From: Candidatus Daviesbacteria bacterium RIFCSPLOWO2_01_FULL_39_23 | GTDB taxonomy: Bacteria; Patescibacteriota; Microgenomatia; Daviesbacterales; UBA10151 | Direction: 5' to 3' | DNA: 64,000 nucleotides | Assembly: GCA_001776935.1 (NCBI GenBank) | Contig: MFDN01000015.1 | Coordinates: 30,130-94,129, forward strand | In this document: one piece after another, positions 9,893-19,402 of the stretch | How positions within the stretch are numbered: position 1 is the first letter of the stretch | Layout of the letters: every line of letters starts with the position of its first letter | The notes under the pieces: generated by a model | Told to the model about the DNA's origin: nothing | Databases searched by the model: none | What the model saw: only the letters and a program-made list of their open reading frames with translations | Made by a program: the position numbers and the translations under genes

Positions 9893-11166
9893 TGGTACCG
9901 TTAAGTATACCTATTTTCAGCTTCCAAAAGCAAATGACGAGGGGCTCAAACACCTACGGGGTGGGCTTTGGTCCAACGGAAGATTTCTCCTCGGAGGTGG
10001 GGCGTTGGTTTCATTTGACATTCGTTTTGGCTCGTAGTAGATTTACGAGCATGGGAACTGAGCAGGATATATTAAGGGAAAGAGCTAAAGGGATTGGCGC
10101 GAAATTAGATAATGTTTCTCCCGTGTTGCTTTATAGAAGATATACACCTCTTGCTCAAGAAATCTCGCAAGGTATTGAGTTAGCAATGCCCCGTAGGGGT
10201 TATTCCCCCAGATATGCATCTTTTCAAGTAACACCGTTTTGTAATTTTGATTGTTCCGGTTGTAATGTTAAAGAAATAAGGGATAGCAGGCAGACACCAC
10301 AATTAACAACAGGCGAAGCTAAAGTGGTGTTGTATAAATTAAAGGAATCAGGCACTCAATGGGTAGATCTCACAGGAGGAGAACCGCTTATTAGAGAAGA
10401 TTTGCTTGAAATTGTTGCATATTCGCATGAAGTGGGTATGCGAACCACGATTAATACAAATGGAGGAATTGCACGAGATAATTTTGATAAAGAAAAGCTT
10501 TATTGGCGCGAATTAGCAGAAGCAGGTTTATTCGGAGCAGTATTTTCTTATGATGGGATAGGCGAAAAGACCGATTCGAGGGTTATCGAGTTGGCAGCAT
10601 TTTTAGTTAACACGCTGCATATTTATGGTGGAGTAAGGACTGTAGTTACTAAAGATAATTTAAAGTTTGTAGAAAATATAGGTACAGCGTGTATGTCGAG
10701 CAATGCTTTTTACGAGCCTGTGCCAGCAGTTGCCTTGGGAGGAGAAATTTCAGCGCTGCCTAATGATAATTTCCATCCACTTGATGCTGATGGCAGGGAT
10801 GAGTACATAGAAATTGTTAATAATCTAAGAAAAGTACGCGGACCTTTTGCAGAATTTCTCCATATTGAAGAAGCTTATTTGAAAGAAGTGGTTATTCCCG
10901 CCACGGAGTGGCATTGCAAAAATCCTGCCAAATATTTGATTTTTGTTAACGCCCTAGGTAGCCTTGCAGTTTGCAATGACAAGTCTTTGCAAGGGGAAGC
11001 ATATTCCTTAATAGGACAAGATAACCCTCTTCTTAAAAGAGAATTTTATGAGGCTGTAAAAAAAGAATCTAAAGAATGCGGAGGATGCAGATGGCTTTGT
11101 AATTGGAGAAGCGAACGAAGACAAACATTGGATCGGTTTAATATAACAGCTGCTGCGATGACCTAA
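9892..11166 (+). CDS. Radical SAM enzyme with C-terminal Cys-rich (SPASM-like) region; true start probably downstream (ATG at 9934 or 10051)
   Basis: CNFDCSGC (CxxxCxxC) radical-SAM cluster motif; C-terminal CGGCRWLC. The ORF start coincides with the divergent GT2 start, so the N-terminal extension is doubtful. Confidence 0.7.
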   Translation: MVPLSIPIFSFQKQMTRGSNTYGVGFGPTEDFSSEVGRWFHLTFVLARSRFTSMGTEQDILRERAKGIGAKLDNVSPVLLYRRYTPLAQEISQGIELAMPRRGYSPRYASFQVTPFCNFDCSGCNVKEIRDSRQTPQLTTGEAKVVLYKLKESGTQWVDLTGGEPLIREDLLEIVAYSHEVGMRTTINTNGGIARDNFDKEKLYWRELAEAGLFGAVFSYDGIGEKTDSRVIELAAFLVNTLHIYGGVRTVVTKDNLKFVENIGTACMSSNAFYEPVPAVALGGEISALPNDNFHPLDADGRDEYIEIVNNLRKVRGPFAEFLHIEEAYLKEVVIPATEWHCKNPAKYLIFVNALGSLAVCNDKSLQGEAYSLIGQDNPLLKREFYEAVKKESKECGGCRWLCNWRSERRQTLDRFNITAAAMT

Positions 11167-12014
11167 ATATTAAATACGCTTTTAGCATTTTGGGTAGTTT
11201 GACTGGCTACTTCCTCAAAAGATACTCCTTTTAAATCAGCAATAAGCTCGGCGATTTCTTTTACAGATGAGGGTTCATTTCTTTGTCCGCGTTTGCTCTG
11301 GGGAGCTAAAAACGGCGAATCAGTTTCTAAAACAATCCTGTCCAAAGGCAATAATTTGACAGCTTCTCGCAAGTATTCATTTTTAGGATAGGTAATGTTG
11401 CCTGCAAAAGAAACTGTTAGATTAGTAGTATGTAGTATGTAGCTAGTATTATGGGAGAGACCGGAATAACAGTGTAGAATAGCAGATTGGTCCCCAAGTA
11501 TTTCAAGCGTATCGTCCCAGGCCTCGGAATTTTCGGGATCTTTTGATCGGTCGTCGCGGCAGTGGATTATTAAAGGAAGATTTAATTTTTTGGCCAAGTC
11601 TACCTGAGCTTGTAAGAGTTTTTTTTGTAAAACCTTAACTTCATCAATTGTTATAGATGGTGGAATAAAGCCGGGATTACTTTCAAAAAAATAATCCAGA
11701 CCACATTCTCCTATACCGACAACTTTTTTTGGGTTAGAAAGATAGATCTGTTCTAACTGCTGCGTATCATTTTTAAGAGTTTCATTAGAGATATACTTTG
11801 CTGCCTCATGCGGATGGATAGCTACGGTGGAGTACCCTTCGACTCCGCTCATGTCAAGTTTTTCGCAAATTTGAAGTGCTTCCCGGCTTTTTTCAATGTC
11901 TACTCCGACATTAATAATGGCAGTAATTCCGGCATCTTTAGCGCGTTGTATTACCAGGTCTAAATCGTTTTGGTAACTTTCCCAATATAAATGTGCATGT
12001 GTATCAATTAACAT
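11163..12014 (-). CDS. tatD: TatD-family metal-dependent DNase/hydrolase
   Basis: MLIDTHAHL start and the overall TatD fold. It contains an in-frame segment derived from the gtagtatgtag hairpin repeat (about nt 11418-11456). Confidence 0.85.
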   Translation of the reverse strand: MLIDTHAHLYWESYQNDLDLVIQRAKDAGITAIINVGVDIEKSREALQICEKLDMSGVEGYSTVAIHPHEAAKYISNETLKNDTQQLEQIYLSNPKKVVGIGECGLDYFFESNPGFIPPSITIDEVKVLQKKLLQAQVDLAKKLNLPLIIHCRDDRSKDPENSEAWDDTLEILGDQSAILHCYSGLSHNTSYILHTTNLTVSFAGNITYPKNEYLREAVKLLPLDRIVLETDSPFLAPQSKRGQRNEPSSVKEIAELIADLKGVSFEEVASQTTQNAKSVFNI

Positions 12015-12615
12015 TTTTTAACCCTAAAATTGTAACAAATCTTCCCTCTTTTTGGTTAGTATCTTCTGCCCTTCGGTGAGAAAAATAATTCATGTTTTCA
12101 TAGGTGCATATTTTGGGATTATCCATATTTTCTTTTAGAATGCCGCAATCAATTAATTGTTTTTCTGCTTCTTGCCAGATATTTAACCGATAATGACAGG
12201 GTCCGATAGATGGACCTAATTTTGCAAGCAGGTTTTTGGGATTAGATCCAAAATGTTTTTTCATTTTTTGAATTGCATTTTTAATAATTCCTTTTTGTAA
12301 ACCTTTAGAGCCGGCATGGATCAAGCCTATTGCTTTATTCTGCGGGTCATATAACCCAACAGGAATGCAATCTGCTACTTTTACCATTAATACAAAATTT
12401 GGATTGTTGCTGATAAGAGCATCGCCTTTGGTATTGGGATCCGGGTGTTCTTTGACAACAACTACTTTATTGCTGTGGATTTGCTCCAGCTCTGCAATCT
12501 CGTCATTGCGAACCCACTTTTCAAAAAACTTTTTCCTGTTTTGCAACACTTCTTGTGTGGGTCCAAAACGAAAATCCATATTTCCATCAGAAACTTGTGA
12601 CGAGATAAAAATCAT
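12004..12615 (-). CDS. YfiH/PgeF (Cu-oxidase_4, DUF152) family protein
   Basis: Conserved HSNKVVVV, GDALISN and ADCIPV segments typical of the YfiH/PgeF family. Confidence 0.8.
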   Translation of the reverse strand: MIFISSQVSDGNMDFRFGPTQEVLQNRKKFFEKWVRNDEIAELEQIHSNKVVVVKEHPDPNTKGDALISNNPNFVLMVKVADCIPVGLYDPQNKAIGLIHAGSKGLQKGIIKNAIQKMKKHFGSNPKNLLAKLGPSIGPCHYRLNIWQEAEKQLIDCGILKENMDNPKICTYENMNYFSHRRAEDTNQKEGRFVTILGLKNVN

Positions 12616-14051
12616 AGACGAGGAAAAAGAGGGGGGGCAGATTTAATTCCGACGGAAGTCGGAATAGTCCCACGGTTTATTTCTCCTGAGAATTGTTTTA
12701 ATATTTTCTCTGCAGTTTCGGGTAAAAATGGCTGCAGATTAAAAGCAATAATTTGAATTCTTTTCACCAAATCCTCTAAAACTTGTTTCGCTTTTTCTCC
12801 GGACAGCTCCCAGGGTTTTTTTATATTTATTTCTTTGTCTGTTTCAGTAATATTTTCCCAAATATAGTTTAATGCTTCGTTAAATTTATAAGTATCCAGA
12901 TGTTTAGTCATTTTTGGGTCAAATTCTGTTGGACAGTTTAATACTTCAATATTATTTTGCTCGCACATTTTTGCCACTCTTGATACTAAATTTCCCAAAC
13001 CGTTGGATAAGTGGGCAATATAACTTTCATGTATCCGCTCAGGCGTAACATCGCTGTCTTCAAAAGTGTTTAGCTCATAAGCTATAAAAAATCTGACAGC
13101 CTCGGTACTATATTTTTTAACCAGTTCAAAAGGGTCTATAACATTCCCTAAACTTTTACTCATTTTTTGGCCGGCGTTTGTTACAAAACCATGAATAATA
13201 ATCTGCCTGGAATTAGGTAAACCTGCAGACATTAACATTGCCTGCCACATGGCTGATTGCTGTCTTAGGTTATCTTTGCCAGCAATTTGTATTCCCGGCC
13301 AGTAATCACTAAATTTCTTATCCTCTTCCGGCCATCCAAGGGTAGAAATATAATTTATTAAGGCATCAAACCAAACGTAAAAAACTTGGTCTGGGTCGTT
13401 AGGCACTTCAATGCCCCATGGCAGTTTTTCCTTGAGTCTGGAGATACTAAAATCCTGCAAACCAGAAGAAACAAAATCTTTTATTTCTTTAAGGCGGAAA
13501 CCCGGTACTACAAATTCAGGATTTTTTTCATATAAATCCAAAAGTGATTCCTGATATTTTGACCATTTAAAAAAATAATTTTCCTCCTCTAAAATTTCTA
13601 TTTGCAGGTTAGGGTGAATGGTACATTTACCGTCAGTCAATTCAGAGTCGGTTTTTTCCAGCTCACATCCGATGCAATATTTAATTTTATATATTTTTTT
13701 ATAAATATCACCGTTTTTAAGGCATCTTTTCCAAAATTCTTGAGCAGCTTTTTTGTGATGAGGATTTGATGTTCTGATGAAGTGGGTATAGCTTAAATTG
13801 AGCGCTTCTTTTAGAGCGTCAAATTTAGCAGCATATTCATCTACATAAACTTGCGGATTTTTATTTTGTTCCAAGGCAGCCCGGTAAATTTTTATTCCAT
13901 GCTCATCAGTTCCTGTGTTAAAAATCACTTCGTCCCCGATTAATCTATGATATCTTGCAATAATATCAGCCTGAACTATCTCCATTGCAAAACCCAAATG
14001 GGGCTCTGCATTAACATAAGGGAGAGTTGTGGTAATGTAAAATTTGTTCAT
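12612..14051 (-). CDS. metG: Methionyl-tRNA synthetase
   Basis: HLGF (HIGH-type) and KMSKS motifs; class I synthetase architecture; 479 aa short form. Confidence 0.9.
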   Translation of the reverse strand: MNKFYITTTLPYVNAEPHLGFAMEIVQADIIARYHRLIGDEVIFNTGTDEHGIKIYRAALEQNKNPQVYVDEYAAKFDALKEALNLSYTHFIRTSNPHHKKAAQEFWKRCLKNGDIYKKIYKIKYCIGCELEKTDSELTDGKCTIHPNLQIEILEEENYFFKWSKYQESLLDLYEKNPEFVVPGFRLKEIKDFVSSGLQDFSISRLKEKLPWGIEVPNDPDQVFYVWFDALINYISTLGWPEEDKKFSDYWPGIQIAGKDNLRQQSAMWQAMLMSAGLPNSRQIIIHGFVTNAGQKMSKSLGNVIDPFELVKKYSTEAVRFFIAYELNTFEDSDVTPERIHESYIAHLSNGLGNLVSRVAKMCEQNNIEVLNCPTEFDPKMTKHLDTYKFNEALNYIWENITETDKEINIKKPWELSGEKAKQVLEDLVKRIQIIAFNLQPFLPETAEKILKQFSGEINRGTIPTSVGIKSAPPLFPRL

Positions 14052-14053
14052 AT

Positions 14054-14425
14054 TTACTTTCGTATATGCGTCAGTTTAGGGATTTTTGGTAATTTAGTCA
14101 AATTTCTTTTGGCCTTTTTAAAATAACTCAAAAGCAAGGCAACTGATATGAAAATAAGACTCCCGCTTACCAAGTTTAAAGTATCCAACCCCTTTAATAT
14201 CAAAAGAAAAATTAATCCTGAAGAAATAACAGTGGAGTTTACGAAAGTTTTAAGTAAAAAAATTAAAGTAAAAAGAAGCGCCAAAAAAAGTGGGGCAAAA
14301 AAAAGAATTATTTGGGAAAAATTTGCCTGAGTTAAGGAATCAGGATATGGCATTATGAATACAACTCCTGTAAAAATCCCCCAAAAAATTAAAGGCAGAA
14401 TGATTTTTGAAATAATCTTCAACAT
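14054..14425 (-). CDS. Small membrane protein (123 aa), hypothetical
   Basis: Three or four hydrophobic segments; located directly downstream of metG. Confidence 0.4.
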   Translation of the reverse strand: MLKIISKIILPLIFWGIFTGVVFIMPYPDSLTQANFSQIILFFAPLFLALLFTLIFLLKTFVNSTVISSGLIFLLILKGLDTLNLVSGSLIFISVALLLSYFKKAKRNLTKLPKIPKLTHIRK

Positions 14426-14487
14426 AAATACATTGTAGCTTACAAGACCGGTTACTTCAAAAGTAAAAACAATGTTAAAATAACAAC

Positions 14488-14817
14488 ATGTTAATTCTTG
14501 TAACAGAGAGAGCTAATGAAGAAACCCTAAAAAAGGCATCGGAAGATTTGGCAGGCTATATAAAATTTGTAGTGGATATAGAAAAGAAAATTTTGACTAT
14601 TGGTGGGCAAAGGCATGTTGAAGGTGAGCAGATGCTTTTAAAAGAAGGTAGCAAACAGGAAAATTTATGGGGAGGCGGTTTGGATCTTGAGACAGGAGAA
14701 GTTGATTTTGATTCCATGATAAATATCAGGCCTAATCAAGACAACACCAGCAGGGAAATTTTATCAGAGCGGATTAGAAAACAGGTAGAGGAAATTGTTA
14801 GGAATTTACTTAAATGA
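14488..14817 (+). CDS. Hypothetical protein (109 aa)
   Basis: First gene of a co-directional three-gene cassette; contains an ...ILTIGGQRHVEGEQMLL...WGGGLDLETGE segment. No family assigned. Confidence 0.5.
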   Translation: MLILVTERANEETLKKASEDLAGYIKFVVDIEKKILTIGGQRHVEGEQMLLKEGSKQENLWGGGLDLETGEVDFDSMINIRPNQDNTSREILSERIRKQVEEIVRNLLK

Positions 14818-15098
14818 ATGCCCGGGATTTAACTTTAAATATTGCTGTTAATTTAGGCAGGTTATCACGCTATGCTTTAGATGGAAAAAAACAAAGAGTT
14901 GAGCAGTTTATTAAAGATACAGATTATTATGTAAACCAGCTTGAGACTGCCCCTAAAAGTGAAAAATTTTTACCTACTTTTAAAATTTTTACAAATAAGT
15001 TTAAGCAACTTAAAAACAATGTTAAGTTAGATGAAATTTGGGCAGAAGATGCCCTGACCTGGGCAAATATCTTAACCCATCGGGCTAAATTGGCTTAA
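14814..15098 (+). CDS. Hypothetical protein (94 aa), overlaps the previous gene by 4 bp
   Basis: ATGA-type overlap indicates translational coupling. Confidence 0.45.
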   Translation: MNARDLTLNIAVNLGRLSRYALDGKKQRVEQFIKDTDYYVNQLETAPKSEKFLPTFKIFTNKFKQLKNNVKLDEIWAEDALTWANILTHRAKLA

Positions 15099-15149
15099 TT
15101 AACGACCCAGTTTCACTTTTTGTTCTGAAGTAAGCTATAATCCGTTAAT

Positions 15150-15674
15150 ATGGTTGAACAGAAACATCTAAGAATGCCTTCAGAGCAAAAAATGCATAGA
15201 GGCCGTTTAACTATTGAAGCTCTTCAAAAAGAGATTTATCTATTTGGATATATGTTTATAGCAAGAGAACCTTTTAAAAGATATCCAAACTGGCGCACGG
15301 ATAATCGAGACTATAACCAGATGTTAAGAGCGGCTAGAAAGATTATGGATATGGGAGTGCATGCTGAAGTTGAAGCCAGCGGTTTTGGCGGGGAAGCCGG
15401 CAGCCAGTTTATGGTTCTTGGACATATAACTCAAAGGGGTGTTGACCCCTTTGAGTTAATAGATAAAGCAGTTGCTAAAATTGCTGCCAGAGAACAAGAG
15501 ACTAAAGGAGTATCTTCTGAAGAAATGCATCGGATTATTGAGGAAGCTGAGCGATCTGGTGAAGATCTTCACCAGATTTGGCGTGAACGAGTGATTCCAC
15601 GTCTTCCTAGAGATGTAGATCAAATTAGGTCTAGTTTACTCAGTAAACTAACATCTCATTCTGGCGTTGATTAA
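15150..15674 (+). CDS. Hypothetical protein (174 aa)
   Basis: Soluble ORF, visibly GC-richer than its neighbours; no recognisable motifs. Confidence 0.5.
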   Translation: MVEQKHLRMPSEQKMHRGRLTIEALQKEIYLFGYMFIAREPFKRYPNWRTDNRDYNQMLRAARKIMDMGVHAEVEASGFGGEAGSQFMVLGHITQRGVDPFELIDKAVAKIAAREQETKGVSSEEMHRIIEEAERSGEDLHQIWRERVIPRLPRDVDQIRSSLLSKLTSHSGVD

Positions 15675-15760
15675 AATCTCCTGATACAATAAAAGTAGAA
15701 AAGCCTGGTTATAACTAATCGTTACAGCAACTGATTGTAAGTAATTTATTAATAGCTGGA

Positions 15761-18019
15761 CTATATTCCCACTATTTCAAAAGTGGAGCCGGCGGAATTT
15801 TTAGAAACCTCAATCCTGACCGGAAATTCTTCTTTTAATTCTTCAATGTGGGTGATGACTAAAATTTTTTCAAAGTCATTTTTTATTGTATCTAAAACTT
15901 CTACTAACCTTGCCCTGCCCGGAGCATCTTGCGTACCAAACCCTTCGTCGATTACTAAAAACTGAAGCCTTGCTCCGGCCCTATGGGTGAGTAATTTTGA
16001 TATAGCCAGTCTTATTGCAAAATTAACCCGGAAAGTTTCACCGCCTGAATAAAGTTCATAAGGCCGTTCACCCATTTCATCAGAGATGACAATTTCCAAA
16101 GTCTCAATAGTGCCGTATCCTTTTTCTCCTTCAGACAGCAGTACTTTGGTCTTGGTTTCTTTTTGGGTTTCAAGTTTTATTTTCATCCGTCCTTCAGTTA
16201 GTTTTTCCAACAACCTGTTTGCTTCATCTTCTATCTCAGGAATTGCATTTTCAATAATCATGGCCTGAATGCCTTTTTTACCAAAAGCCAAAGTCAGCTC
16301 GTCAAAAATTTGCTTGCTTTCTGTTAATTTTGTTTTTTCCAATAACTTGGTTTCATTTAATTTTATAAGTTGCTCGGACCTTGATACCAATTGTTTCGCT
16401 TCCCCGACTTTACCGGAAAGCTCTAAAGCTTTTTGAGATAGATCCTGTTTGGTTTGTTCCTCCGCTTTTAATTCATTTTGTATTTTTATCAAATGATTTT
16501 CATAAGTTTCCAGATTTTCCAATTCTTTTTGGTCTTTTAAAATTTGATTCTCTTTAGACTGATAGATTTTTTGTAAATCAGATAAAGCTTCCTGGTGGGT
16601 TTTTACTCCGGTAAGTGCCTGTTGCAGTTTAGTAAATTTTTCTGTAAAGCCTGAAAGCTTTTCAAGAATTTGAGTAATTTCAAAATAATTTTTAGTTTCT
16701 TCCTCAAGTATTTTGATGGCTCTTTCTTTTTCCTGAGCTATTTCAGATTCGGGTAATACAATCTCTTTATATTTTTTAATCGTTGACAGTAAAGTTGTTA
16801 TTTCCAATTCGTTTTTTCCGATTTGTTTTAAATTTATGCTTATTATTTCTTTGTTTTTTTCTTCATTGATCGGTTGCTTGCAGGTGGGGCAAATATCTTT
16901 TTTATTTTGCAAAGCACTGTTTTGAATTTGTAATTGTTCATTTCGCGTCTGCAGTTGTTTAGCCTGAAGCTCGATTTTTGATATAGCTTCTTGCCTTTTA
17001 TTTTCCCTCTCGGTTATAATTTTTTGAATATCTACCAGCTCATCTTTTACGATAATCAGTTGGCTTCTTTTTTCATCCAGTTTTTTCTTATCTTCCTGTA
17101 AGGTTAAAAGCTTTTGGTAATTTTTTTCAATGTCTTCTTTTTGGTCTAAGATAGTCTGAAATTCAGACTGGGCTTTTTGGTTTAATTCTATTTTTGTTTT
17201 TATATCAGCCAGTTCTATTTGAACTGAATCGATTTGTTTTTTCTTTTCCTCCAAAGATTTAATTTGTAAACTTATGCTTTCCTGTTTCTCGTTAATCTCT
17301 TTAATCAGGATTTCAACTTCCCTTAACTTGCTTTCAACTTTTTTGGATTCTTCCTGAGCTAAAGTTAGCGTTTTTTCCCTTTCTTCTTTTTGTGATAACT
17401 CGGTTTCAATCTCCAGGAGTTGGTATTCTAAAAGAGTCAGTTTTGTTTGAGCTTCTTTGGATTTTTCTTTAGCCTTTTCTTCCAGTTGGTCATAATGATC
17501 CAGTCCTAAGATATCTGCCAGTATTTTCTTCCGCTCAGTAGGTCCTTTAGTGGTAAATTCATCAGCATGTCCCTGACGAAGATAGGCAGAATTAGTAAAA
17601 GTTTCAAAAGTTAAATGAAGGGTGTCTATAATTTTTTGTTGGGTTGCTTTGATTGTTCCTTCGGTCAGATTATGCCCTGAGTGAACGGAGTGAGTCGAAG
17701 GGTTACTGCTCCAAAACTCAAGGTTTGTTGAACCTCCGCCTTTTTTAGACCGTTGCCGCTTTACTGTAAAAATATGTCCGTCAAGCTCAAAAGCAAATTC
17801 TACATTCATCTTTTCAGCTCCTAAATGGATTAGATCATCTGAAGAATCCCCGGCCCTGGATGTACCCCAAATGCACCAGGTTATGGAATCAAGCAAAGAG
17901 GATTTGCCGGCTCCGTTTAGACCGGAAATCGCTGCCAGTTTAAATTTTGTAAAGTCTAGCTCCCGAGGACTTTCGCCGTAGGAAGTAAAGTTTGATAATT
18001 TAAGTTTAACCGGTATCAT
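15761..18019 (-). CDS. sbcC: SbcC/Rad50-family DNA repair ATPase (SMC-like). The N-terminal extension to 18091 is probably spurious and runs into a repeat element.
   Basis: MIPVKLKLSNFTSY...GLNGAGKSSLLDSI Walker A; long coiled coil; CPTCKQP zinc hook; C-terminal signature and D-loop (LVIDEGFG). Confidence 0.85.
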   Translation of the reverse strand: MIPVKLKLSNFTSYGESPRELDFTKFKLAAISGLNGAGKSSLLDSITWCIWGTSRAGDSSDDLIHLGAEKMNVEFAFELDGHIFTVKRQRSKKGGGSTNLEFWSSNPSTHSVHSGHNLTEGTIKATQQKIIDTLHLTFETFTNSAYLRQGHADEFTTKGPTERKKILADILGLDHYDQLEEKAKEKSKEAQTKLTLLEYQLLEIETELSQKEEREKTLTLAQEESKKVESKLREVEILIKEINEKQESISLQIKSLEEKKKQIDSVQIELADIKTKIELNQKAQSEFQTILDQKEDIEKNYQKLLTLQEDKKKLDEKRSQLIIVKDELVDIQKIITERENKRQEAISKIELQAKQLQTRNEQLQIQNSALQNKKDICPTCKQPINEEKNKEIISINLKQIGKNELEITTLLSTIKKYKEIVLPESEIAQEKERAIKILEEETKNYFEITQILEKLSGFTEKFTKLQQALTGVKTHQEALSDLQKIYQSKENQILKDQKELENLETYENHLIKIQNELKAEEQTKQDLSQKALELSGKVGEAKQLVSRSEQLIKLNETKLLEKTKLTESKQIFDELTLAFGKKGIQAMIIENAIPEIEDEANRLLEKLTEGRMKIKLETQKETKTKVLLSEGEKGYGTIETLEIVISDEMGERPYELYSGGETFRVNFAIRLAISKLLTHRAGARLQFLVIDEGFGTQDAPGRARLVEVLDTIKNDFEKILVITHIEELKEEFPVRIEVSKNSAGSTFEIVGI

Positions 18020-18029
18020 AGTATCTTTT

Positions 18030-18136
18030 GTCATCCTGATGGTCCATTGGACCAGAAGGATCTCTTGTGAATACAAGTTCTTCTGAAACAAGTTCAGAGA
18101 TTCTTCGGGTCAAAGTTTTGACCCTCAGAATGACAG
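18030..18136. repeat. MITE-like element, family A copy 1 (about 107 bp), with TIRs gtcatcctga / tcagaatgac and internal palindromes
   Basis: Terminal inverted repeats and a core gaaggatctct...cttctgaaacaagttcagagattcttcgg shared with the copy at 24252-24354 (opposite orientation). Intergenic between sbcD and sbcC. Confidence 0.8.
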
Positions 18137-18142
18137 TTTCCT

Positions 18143-19336
18143 TTAGTTTTCCAAAAGTTGTGCAGCATATTGTTCAAGTAATTTTTGTTTTTGGGGTGTA
18201 TATTTTTTACTTTCAAAATATTTTTTTAGTGCTTGCAAAGGGGTTAAGCTTTCTACCTCAATATCAAGTCTTTTCCTTTCAACTTTTTCAACATTTCTTG
18301 AGATTCCGGCTATAAAATTGGCACTGCTTAAAGATTTTTTAACCAAATCCATTTTTATTTCCTCTTCGCATTCTGCAGGAATATTTATGATGACCCGGAC
18401 GATCTTATCTTCTATTTTGTTTTTTTTGATCTGATCAAGAATGGTTTGGTTTGGGTCAGCATCCTTGGGATCCAAATTAATGCTGATAGTTAAAAATTGC
18501 CTGGCGTTGGTGGGTAGAAACTGGAATTGGCTTTTCCATCCAGTAGACCTCGCAGGTTTAATGCGTGCAACCTGCGAGGTCGGTAATATCTCTAATAAAC
18601 AAATTCCTTTTTCTTCTTTTTCTTCTCCAAAATCTATCCTTTGTGGGGAGCCGGAGTAAACAATCAAAGGAGTGTCGCCTGGTTTTGATAAAGTCTGATG
18701 CTTGTGAATATGTCCAAGCGCAACATAAGCCAATCTTTTATCCTGTATTAAAGGAAGGGGGATAGTTACCTCATTTGCAATAGCCATGCCTTTTTCGCTG
18801 CCAAATTCTGCTCCAACCACTTCTGCATGGGATAAGAGTATTGCAGGGGAATCAGGGCTGATTTTTTCATACAGCAGTTTTAATTTTTCTGCCACATCTT
18901 TGTAGTCATTTTTATGAAGCCAGGGTAAGGTCACTATTTGCAAAGCGCCTGATTTTGTTGGGACAGATAATAATTCCGGTTTTCTGGAGACCCAGACATT
19001 GTCAATTTCTAAGGCTGAGTAAATATCCAAAGTATTGGCTTTTCCTTCGGCATTCGGGGTATCATGATTACCCACTACTAAAATAACCGGAATCTTTTTG
19101 GCCATTTTGGCAATTCTTTCCCCAAAACCTCTTTGCTGGGTTGGGTTGGGGTCGCGGGTTTTATAGGCATCCCCGGCAAAGACTACCGCATCCACATTTT
19201 CTTTAAAGGCAGTATCTACGATAAAATCAAAGGTATTAAAAAAATCAAGCAGTCTGGTAGAAAGGCCGGTTTCAGGATCCAACTTGGCATAATTTTCCAT
19301 CCCAATATGCAGATCAGAAAAATGCAGTAGTTTCAT
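18143..19336 (-). CDS. sbcD: SbcD/Mre11-family nuclease (calcineurin-like phosphoesterase)
   Basis: MKLLHFSDLHIG, GDAYKTRDP and GNHD motifs. The ORF extends 8 codons further upstream (to 19360). Confidence 0.85.
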   Translation of the reverse strand: MKLLHFSDLHIGMENYAKLDPETGLSTRLLDFFNTFDFIVDTAFKENVDAVVFAGDAYKTRDPNPTQQRGFGERIAKMAKKIPVILVVGNHDTPNAEGKANTLDIYSALEIDNVWVSRKPELLSVPTKSGALQIVTLPWLHKNDYKDVAEKLKLLYEKISPDSPAILLSHAEVVGAEFGSEKGMAIANEVTIPLPLIQDKRLAYVALGHIHKHQTLSKPGDTPLIVYSGSPQRIDFGEEKEEKGICLLEILPTSQVARIKPARSTGWKSQFQFLPTNARQFLTISINLDPKDADPNQTILDQIKKNKIEDKIVRVIINIPAECEEEIKMDLVKKSLSSANFIAGISRNVEKVERKRLDIEVESLTPLQALKKYFESKKYTPQKQKLLEQYAAQLLEN

Positions 19337-19402
19337 GGTTGGATTATAATCAAGCAGCAAACATTTGACAAATGACCTATAAGATAATAGAATTCAAAAA
19401 TT

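Noticed and set aside
18067-18315. Plus-strand ORF (82 aa) whose N-terminus (TSSETSSEIL) resembles the FemAB insertion peptide
   Set aside because: It is just a read-through translation of MITE-like element A plus the antisense of the sbcD 3' end. It is not a real gene.
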